A stretch of DNA of 64,000 nt. Source: Amoebidium appalachense (taxonomy: Eukaryota; Protista; Ichthyosporea). Each line of letters begins with the position of its first letter. Within the stretch, counting starts at the first letter, position 1. The stretch covers positions 14,549,474 to 14,613,473 of the forward strand of contig CAVNZM010000004.1 of NCBI GenBank assembly GCA_963693365.1. Reading direction: 5' to 3'. Positions 36,078 to 64,000 of the stretch are shown piece after piece. The translations under genes and the position numbers were made by a program. The notes under the pieces are model-generated. The model made no database searches. It was not told the origin of the DNA and saw only the letters and a program-made list of their open reading frames with translations.

Positions 36078-37222
36078 TGTGAGTGTGTGAGAGAGAGAGA
36101 GTGTGTGTGTGTGTGTGTGTGTGTTGGTGTGTAGGTCTTTGTGCATGTGGCACGTGCATGCACCCACCTTCTTCTTGTCCACATAGACACCATACTCAAA
36201 CTTGTACAACTGCAGCACACATAGCCAGTCAGTGCAAAATTCAAAAATCAATATTCCAATAACAGTTGCCGGATAGAAAGTACAGAGGTGGGGGTGTGGA
36301 CTTCGGGGATTGAGATACTGGAGAGGGGTTGATGGGGAGGAAGAAATGGTTACCGGGTGAGGTTTGAATGTCACGGGTTAAGGGTTGAATGGTTAAGGTT
36401 TAAATCATCAAGGATTGAGGGTCAAATGGTTAAGGGTTACCAGACCTGCATAGGATGGCCAAAGCCACCAAAGAGCACTGGCCAGATAGGAGGTAACCAT
36501 GCACTGGCAGATGACTATAACCCCGTGGTGGTGACCGTTCTTCCGCGTTTGGAGGAAGAGGGGAGGGAAGCGCAGTACACAGAAAAGAGAACATTAAAAA
36601 AGCAACACAGATAAAGCCCATCTTCAGCGGCTGTGGTGGTGGTGGTTTATTCTTTGGTGGTGGGTTTGGGGGATGGGGGGTGAGGGGTTTGGGGTGTGTG
36701 TGTGTGTGTGTGTGGGAGGGGAGGGGAGGGGGAAGAGGAGGGGAAAGGGGAGTCAAAGAGTGATGTGGACATACCAGTGCTCTGCGCTCTCTGCGGCGGT
36801 TGAGCACGTGGGCGAGGACAAGGCAGGCGGACGCCAGCACTGGGAGGAAGGGGGTCAGTGTGCTGTGGTGGGCCATGCATGGGTAGATGCTTGTGGCACG
36901 TGGGCAGGTTGTCTGCCGGTGCGCAAATGTGTGTGTCTGTGTGTGCAACTGCATCCCTGGATGTGCCTGTGCATGTGTGTTGCACGTGCATGCAGCACGT
37001 GCCCATGCATATGTTTTTTCACGTGCATGCAGCACGTGTCTGTGCATGTGTGTTGCACGTGCATGCAGCACGTGCCTGTGCATGTGTGTTGCACGTGCAT
37101 GCAGCTGCCTGCAGGGCAGAGAGCCCTGCCACTATCCCCCCCACCCCCCCCCCCCCCTCGTCCCACTTGATCCACGGACTGATGCTCTCCCTCTCTCACT
37201 AACGTTTCCGTATCATCGGATT

Positions 37223-37253
<31 letters not shown>

Positions 37254-37422
37254 TTCCCATCCAGATACATCCATCCATCCATCCGGGCTTTCAGCCACAG
37301 GTGATAGTGCCACTCACCCCCCACCCCATGCACGCACCTGCCACGCCCACCAGGGCAGACACGACGGCAGCAACCGCCCACGGGGCTACGCCGGTTTGGT
37401 TTGCATCTGTGTCATGGGGCAT
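32603..37422 (-). CDS. Unknown single-pass membrane protein, about 148 aa, 6 exons
   Basis: Exons 37422-37338, 36839-36775, 36209-36168, 33719-33587, 33024-32987, 32686-32603; all GT-AG and in phase. TM segment [27 protein letters not shown] followed by NRRRERR. Confidence 0.65.
34157..35895. repeat. Compound minisatellite: 29-bp core separated by variable (GT)n, about 36 units, modal period 47 bp
   Basis: Core GGGTATAGCTGTGCAGAAATAGCGTCCAT; the pattern of variant cores recurs in higher-order blocks. Confidence 0.95.
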
Positions 37423-37908
37423 GAATCTACTAGTATGAATGACATTGTGCCCATGCTTTGTGCAGAACTGCTGCAAACCAATTGCTAGCGTGTAATTCGC
37501 TGGTAGTTGTAAGAATCAGTGGAGGCCCCTGCCTAAATGTGAATGAAGGTTTCCAAATAAGGGCACGAACGTGGGTGCATGTGTGTTGTGCCAAATATGT
37601 GTACAGTACCAGACTGCCGAATGTGTAAAGAATACCACAGCTGCACCGCAATTAGGAACATGTACTGACGGAGTGCTTGATCTAACTAGGGAGATGCACT
37701 ACAAAGGGTTCACAGCGTGAATGCCAGTGTATAGGGGCATATATGTGTGCACGTGTATGTTGGTATCGGCGTGCATGTGTTTAGTGGTGCATGTGTTTAG
37801 TGGTTTGATCCATGTTAATAGTGTGTTGGTGGAAATTATGTTGGTATCTGCGTGCATGACATGCATGGCACACGCGCCTGCCTGCCCTGGAGGGCCCAAC
37901 CAAATCGA

Positions 37909-38137
37909 CTGAGTCAACTTGCTCCAAGCAGAGTTATTCTGCAAAATGCAGAATTATTCTGCAAAACCAGAATCATTCTGCAAAAGGCAGAAATATTCTG
38001 CAAAAGCAGAGTCATCCTGCAAAAGCAGAATGATTCTGCTTTTTGCAGAATAATTCCGCTTTCTGTAGAATAATTCCGCTTTCTGTAAAATAATTCCGCT
38101 TTTGCAAAATACTTCTTTTTTTTGCAAGTCAACTCTG
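37909..38137. mobile_element. Foldback/MITE-like element built from palindromic 19-20-bp units
   Basis: GCAGAATNATTCTGC units followed by AAAA on the left and TTT on the right; imperfect terminal IR CTGAGTCAACTTGC / GCAAGTCAACTCTG. No TSD seen. Confidence 0.55.
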
Positions 38138-39036
38138 CCGATGTGGTTTGGCCCTCCCTGGACCCCTTCCAACACAAAAGTACATGTGCCCGCAGTGGTT
38201 TGTGTGTGCCCACACATGTGGGGAAGTACGTGTCGATGGACGTCATTGTTTTGCATACTCTAGCGTCCAATGTTCTCGTGCAGAGTGTGTCCACACTAAA
38301 CGCATGTGTTGCGCGCACACCACGTGTGTAAGTCACGTGGCATGTCGTGTGTCTTTGCCCTTGGCCCTACGTGCACGCCGTCATGGCACGGCAGGCATGT
38401 GTCCGTCTGTGCCTGTTTGTGGGTGCCACATGCATATGCACGGTCTGGATGTGTGTCCCGGGCCCGCCCACCTTGTACCTTTCGCACACCCTAACAATTC
38501 TCCTTCAACCTACTTGTGCCTCTGTATACCGCACCATGTCTAAAGCATTAAGGCACCACCCTTCCACCCACCTTCAATTTGCTCCCCAACTGCAACCCCA
38601 AACGTGGCTTGGGCCGCAGCCATGCTGAAGACTCTCTGGCCCTGTGCACGTGCTGGTGGTGTGTTTCCGCTACGCGTGTTTCTTTTTTATGTGGTGTGTT
38701 CGTATGTTGGCCTAACTGTTTGAGTCACTAAAGTAAACCGTGTTCTGGCGAGTAGTAGTATTTGGTTGTACCCTTTCAAAATGTACGTCTCACGCACGGC
38801 CCATCCAGAATCAGTGCTCCTTCAAATAAATTTGATGCCTCTCTGCATAACAATCAAACCTCACAGGCTTAGAGGTGAAAGGGCATTGCAGAGAAACCCA
38901 TCCACGTACCAGTACGCTTCCCTGTGTAGGACACATGTCACTGACTCTGTTCAAGCCTTGAGCCTCTTGTCCACGGGGTTAGCCAATGGACTGGCAGGAT
39001 AAAAGATGATACAATAGACAATCTGCATTCCTTTAG

Positions 39037-39323
39037 GGGGTTTACAAAAATTTTATTGCGTGGACACTGCCGGAGGCCCAGCCACATTCGACGGCCTACT
39101 GCGTTTTCCAGCACAGCCAATCAAATGCAGCCAGTGACATATGTACATGCTAGGCAACAATGAGCGCCATCGTAGTATATGACACCCCTATTACATTATT
39201 ATGGGTAAGCAGAGGCTAGCCTCGGTAGCTCCGAAAGAAAGTTAAGGCACCGGATCACAATATCATACTGTGCAGCATTAATAAGGTGATCTAGGATAGT
39301 CATCTTAAAACGGATATATTGAG
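39037..39323 (-). mobile_element. 5'-truncated copy (about 290 bp) of the LINE at 20505-25122
   Basis: Near-identical to about 20504-20788, including the GGGGTTTACA terminus and the end of ORF2. Confidence 0.93.
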
Positions 39324-39830
39324 CCGAGGTGTGTGTGCACTGTACCATGTATGTCACACTGTAGTTATCTGGGCAAACACATCTGCTGACGCAAAGAAAG
39401 TGCCGTTTACTGTCTGAGAATTTCTCTGCATTTTATAGTATGTAGCAAGTATATTAGAAAAGAACGAGTTAGGAGTGCGATGTGTTACGTATATATGTCC
39501 CAATGCGAGCAAAAATCTATTCACCAATCAAAAAATATAAAGATTTATTAAACGAATCACGAACCATTTTGGGTGCTGCTTCCGCCAATCATCACGGAGT
39601 AAATTTATTGAAGTGTTATAGGTTGAAACGGCACCCGCTGGAATGTCCATGCACCAGCACAGTTACGTAACGGCCACCGTGATGCACAGCGGCTCGACAG
39701 TCCGACGTGAACGGCCCGCGCGCGCCACAGCATGTCACCGGTGTAGCCCACAATCGTTGTGCACGGCTAGTGTCATAGAGCATCCACGCCACACAGTTGC
39801 ACTGTGCGAGGGATTTGAGGCACACTCACC

Positions 39831-58917
<19,087 letters not shown>

Positions 58918-59280
58918 CGGGTGGGTCACCAATACCATGATCACACACTGCACACACTGCACACACACTCTCCCTGGGTACGGCCAGGCCACCAGCACTT
59001 AGGACATAATTTGATTTGTGGTGCCTGCTGCATGTGCGCCTCTCAGTGTTCATTTTCTGTGCGACTAGATTAGTGTTGTGGGGAGGTAACACATGAGGGG
59101 AATTAGTTGCCGTGCAGCCATGCATGCAAGAATTCAACATGGCACTTCGTCATTGACAAGACCTTTGTAGGGAAGTTTTTTTTTTTTGTGTGTGTGTATT
59201 GGGGGGGGGAGGGGGGGGGGGGGGGGGGAGGGAGGTGTTTGCATGCCCATGTGAGGACTCCGGAAGGGAAGAATCTGTGA

Positions 59281-60354
<1,074 letters not shown>

Positions 60355-60926
60355 CGCGTGCCCGTGCGTGCGCGTGTTTGCGTGTCTGTGCGTCTGCTTG
60401 GGGGGGGGGGGGGGGGGGGTGGGGAGGGGGGGGGGGGGGAGGGGAGGGGGGGGGGGGTCGTGCTGGTGGTGCTGGTGGTGGTGAGGGGAGAGGGGGGGAG
60501 GGGAGGGGGGAGGGAGGGAGGATGATGCAGGTAAGAGGATGGCACTGTGGTGTGCTGCTGTTTTAGACGGATGTGGGCCTCACAGGGCATGGCACAGGCG
60601 GGGGCAGGCAGAGCCACAGGGCATGTACATGGCTGGCTGCACCGTGCACCGGCACGGACAGGCTGCCACTCTCTCTGGGCCTATGGCTGGTGCATGGGTT
60701 GTGGCATGCAGCACCAAGTAGGAATGAAGGGTTGGCTGGGGACTTAAGAATATGCGCGTATGGTTGAACGTATACTGTTTGAAAGGAATGAAGGGGGTTG
60801 AATGGGGATCTAATAATATGCGCGTATGGTTGAACGTATAGTAATTGATGTAAAGGAAGGATGGGGGCTGGCTGGCTGCTGCACGAGGCAGAGACCAATT
60901 AGTCTTTATGATTAGATACATAGGTA

Positions 60927-61134
60927 CAGGGGTAGCCCGAATGTAAGATTACGTGAATTTCGGCTCTAGCCCGCTAGAATTCTAGTTCCAGACCCCCCTA
61001 GCTCACCAGGACACAGGGAAACATCTTAATTTTCATGAATCCCGTGGGGGCTAGCCAGCTAGAATCTTAATTTTTCTAAAAATCCTAGGGCTAGAATCTT
61101 GTATTCGGAAAATCTTGTATTTAAACTACCCCTG
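60927..61134. mobile_element. Tc1/mariner-type MITE, 208 bp, TA TSD
   Basis: TA|CAGGGGTAG...CTACCCCTG|TA. The TIR extends to 24 bp with transition mismatches; internal GCTAGAAT and AATCTT repeats. Confidence 0.8.
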
Positions 61135-61806
61135 TACGAGCCTTAGCATGCTGCCGAATGTATCTTGTTGAGTGACTTGGTGGCCCACAAGCGTCGGGCT
61201 GATTTGATTTAATTTAGCATTGTAATACTGTAAGAACAAATGCATAGATAAAACACAAGAAGAAGTAGGAATATGGTTGATAACTGTAGTAAACAAACAA
61301 CCAAAATATAATAAAAACGTGTGCATGTGCATGCAGATGTGCAGCCTTCATGCCCCCATGTGGCGGTGGTTCACACCGGTGCCTTACCGACCGAAACCTG
61401 GGTCATGATCACCGATTCAATCCCCCCCCCCCCCCCACCCACCACCACCACCACCACCACCATCAATGATGCATCCGAAATGTACTCTGATCGGAGAACT
61501 TAGCGGCCATAAGTACTCTGACCGCAGTACTTTAGGAATGCTTGTTTCGGAAGGATACCGCGAGCTATTGGGGCCCAGGAGCCCGCTTTTTTTTGTACAG
61601 CCAGTAAGAAAACATAAGTTTACACCTTTTTTGTCTTTGGTACGGTAACTAACAAGGCCTTCCCTAGCTTTTATTGGTTGCCGACGCTGTTGCAAGTTTT
61701 TGAATTCATGCTCGACAACAACATGATTCATGATCAAACGGACGAAACTTGCTGAGTCCGCGAACACAACAAGCCATGGGTTTCATGTGAAAGATGAGCG
61801 CCCAAC

Positions 61807-63841
61807 ATGGCCAAAACATTAGACCCAATAGAGTCACTTTATTCTGGAGCTCGTGTCTGTTGTTTTGCATACATATTTGACGGGGTTCAGGGGGAAGATT
61901 TCACAGATGACACCACACGTTGGTCTTACAAGAAGTTCGGCCTGAGTTGGGACACACAAATACTGGTTGGCACAGTAGTGAAACGATGCAAGACAAACGA
62001 AGGCAGTGAATGGAAAGTAAAGTTTGATTTTGACGGTACCACAGAAGTAGTTCTGCGCCATCAGCTAACTTTAATAGATGAAGAAGACAGTGAACACACA
62101 AGTAGCGAGCTAGAGAGTGATAGTGACGAAGATCCAGATGGAGACATCCAACAAGTAGAGATTCCTGTCACAGACAGTGAGAATGAAGATGAGATAGAAC
62201 TTGTAGATGAACAAGTAGAGTTACCTACCCCCACCGACCCCACGTGCACCTTGCAATGGACCATTCCAGATGAGCAAGTACTTGACAAAAGAACAGGCCC
62301 ACGCAGAAAACCAACCATTCCACTAGCACTAAACAAGCGCAAGAGTGTTCTGTGTTTGTTTGAACACTTCATGCCTATGGAGTATCTCTTCACAGCAGTC
62401 ATTCCACTCACAAACGAAGTAGGTCGTGCACGTTACAAAAATTGGGTTGACTTAACCCCGGGTGAGCTACTTAGGTGGTTGGGTATGTGGATTTACATGG
62501 CTGGAACATTCGAACCCGGCTCGAGATCGAACTACTGGACGTCGGCAGCAGAGAACCCAAGCCACATATTTCCCGTACACGACTTTGCCCGCTTCATGAC
62601 CGAACACCGGTTCGAAAACATCCGTGCCTGCTTTACCGTCACCGACATCACTCAATATCCGGAGGATGATCCACTGAAAGACACACGCGGTTTCATGGAA
62701 GCACTGCAGAGTCGGTGCCGTTGCTCTATCGAGCCCGGGGATGAATTATGCGAAGACGAGGCCATCTTTGCCAGCTATCATTGCAACCTTCCGTGCCAAA
62801 TCTATATAAAACGAAAACCCCACCCTCTCGGTCAAGAAATAAAAACTCTACACGACTGTGTAACCAACATACTCATTAACTTCGAAATGAACGAGGGGAA
62901 GCTTAGGATGGCAAGCAAACCGTACCGACAGTTGGGAGCTGGAACAGGCACCACCTTGCGTCTTCTAACCCCAAGGGCCAACCCCACCCACCGTAACCCC
63001 AGAACGATCGTCGGAGACAGCTGGTTTGGGTCAGTAACCGGGACAAGGGAAGTGTACAAAATCGGATTCTACGCACTTTTCAATGTCAAAACCGCAACCA
63101 GAGACTTTCCCCTCAACATAGTTGGACCTTCTATGTGAGGAAGGACGTGGTGTATGGTCGGAGGCAGTGTGCAGTGTGGACGGAGTAGACCTCGTTGCGG
63201 TGTTATGGAGAAACAAGAACTACAGTATGAAAGTGATCACCTCATGTTCAAGTACTCAGCCGGGTCAACCGAGAAAATCACGAAACGGAAATGACGTCCC
63301 CCAACCGAAAGCAGTCGAAGAATACTTCGAAAACTACAACATGGCCGATATATTCAACAAAACACGAATGTTAAACGGCTCTGTGGACGAAGCCTTGGGC
63401 ACTAAACGTCACCAACTCCGCACCTTTGGGGGGCTTCTGGGGTTTGTAGTAGCAAACGTACACTTTGCATACAGATACTTTGGCAAATCCACAAACACGA
63501 GCATGGACACAAGGCGTGAGCTAGCAGAAGCACTCATATGCAACCCCCACCTGCCTGCACTAGAATACCCCCTTCCCCCTGCTGCTCCTGCCCCCCATGC
63601 TCTACACGGACACCAGCGTGCCAGAAAAGAAAGAAAAGGTAGATGCGTTCTCTGCTTTAGGAACAAAGGGGAACGCCACCAGACACATACCTACTGCATC
63701 AAGTGTAATGTGTTTCTCTGCAATGATCAAACACGTGCATGCTTCGAAAACCACATCACACATGGTGTTCCTCCACGCACACGCACCCAAGTCAACACAA
63801 ACACAGGCCCGGTACGATCACGCAGAAACACTACACGTTAA
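61807..63841 (+). mobile_element. piggyBac-like transposase gene, about 677 aa once one +1 frameshift near 63121 is removed
   Basis: Acidic N-terminal region; catalytic-triad motifs LCEDEAI, IVGDSWFGSV and MADIFNK; YIKRKPHPLGQEIK; C-terminal Cys-rich domain CVLC...YCIKCNVFLC...CFENH. TIRs not identified. Confidence 0.88.
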
Positions 63842-64000
63842 AGTACCTTCTGCCCACTGGTCAGTTTCTGTACATTGCGCAACACTCATTTGTCGTTTTC
63901 GGATTAGGGGTGATTTGTTTGGTTTTTATTCGTTTCTTCGAAACTGTTTGTGGTAACTAGATGCTAAAAGGGTTATTTGAAGTGTGTGTACCGAAAAAAA

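Noticed and set aside
33704-36159. Long His/Thr-rich ORFs of 717 and 725 aa, and the many HT/VC/poly-G/poly-P ORFs elsewhere
   Set aside because: They are translations of microsatellites and homopolymers that lack stop codons by composition.
36447-36540. Extra hydrophobic exon in the minus-strand membrane-protein gene
   Set aside because: The acceptor is weak, and it ends in phase 1, which would frameshift the next exon; the flanking exons join in frame without it.
61417-61767. Antisense accessory ORF upstream of the transposase
   Set aside because: It has a non-ATG start, runs into a poly-G tract and shows no recognisable motif.
63107-63124. TAG-to-Gln genetic code inferred from an in-frame TAG after an alternative frameshift repair
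   Set aside because: AK6, TBCD and the ankyrin-PX gene end in TAG at expected positions, and a repair at 63121-63125 needs no readthrough.

Overview
Eukaryotic genomic DNA; the CSN1 motifs look opisthokont-like (inference). Genes are intron-rich, and the introns are filled with (GT)n/(AC)n tracts, poly-G/C runs and intron-specific minisatellites, so most ORF-track entries are repeat artefacts. Splicing by hand with phase checks gives five multi-exon genes: CSN1/GPS1 (minus, 12 exons), AK6/Fap7 (plus, 3 exons), an ankyrin+PX protein (plus, 8 exons), a 148-aa single-pass membrane protein (minus, 6 exons) and TBCD (plus, 28 exons). There is also an intronless Cys-rich secreted protein and a possible small secreted protein. 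Mobile DNA lies between genes: a full-length APE/RT LINE with an 11-bp TSD, two truncated relatives sharing its non-poly(A) 3' end (TGTAAACCCC), several MITEs, and a piggyBac-like transposase with an extra N-terminal domain. Most notable: minisatellites that tandemly copy the branch point or 3' splice site and match MADS-box, E-box or CCAAT motifs; acceptors with no polypyrimidine tract; a four-way-junction RNA candidate in a CSN1 intron; and the conserved LINE terminus.
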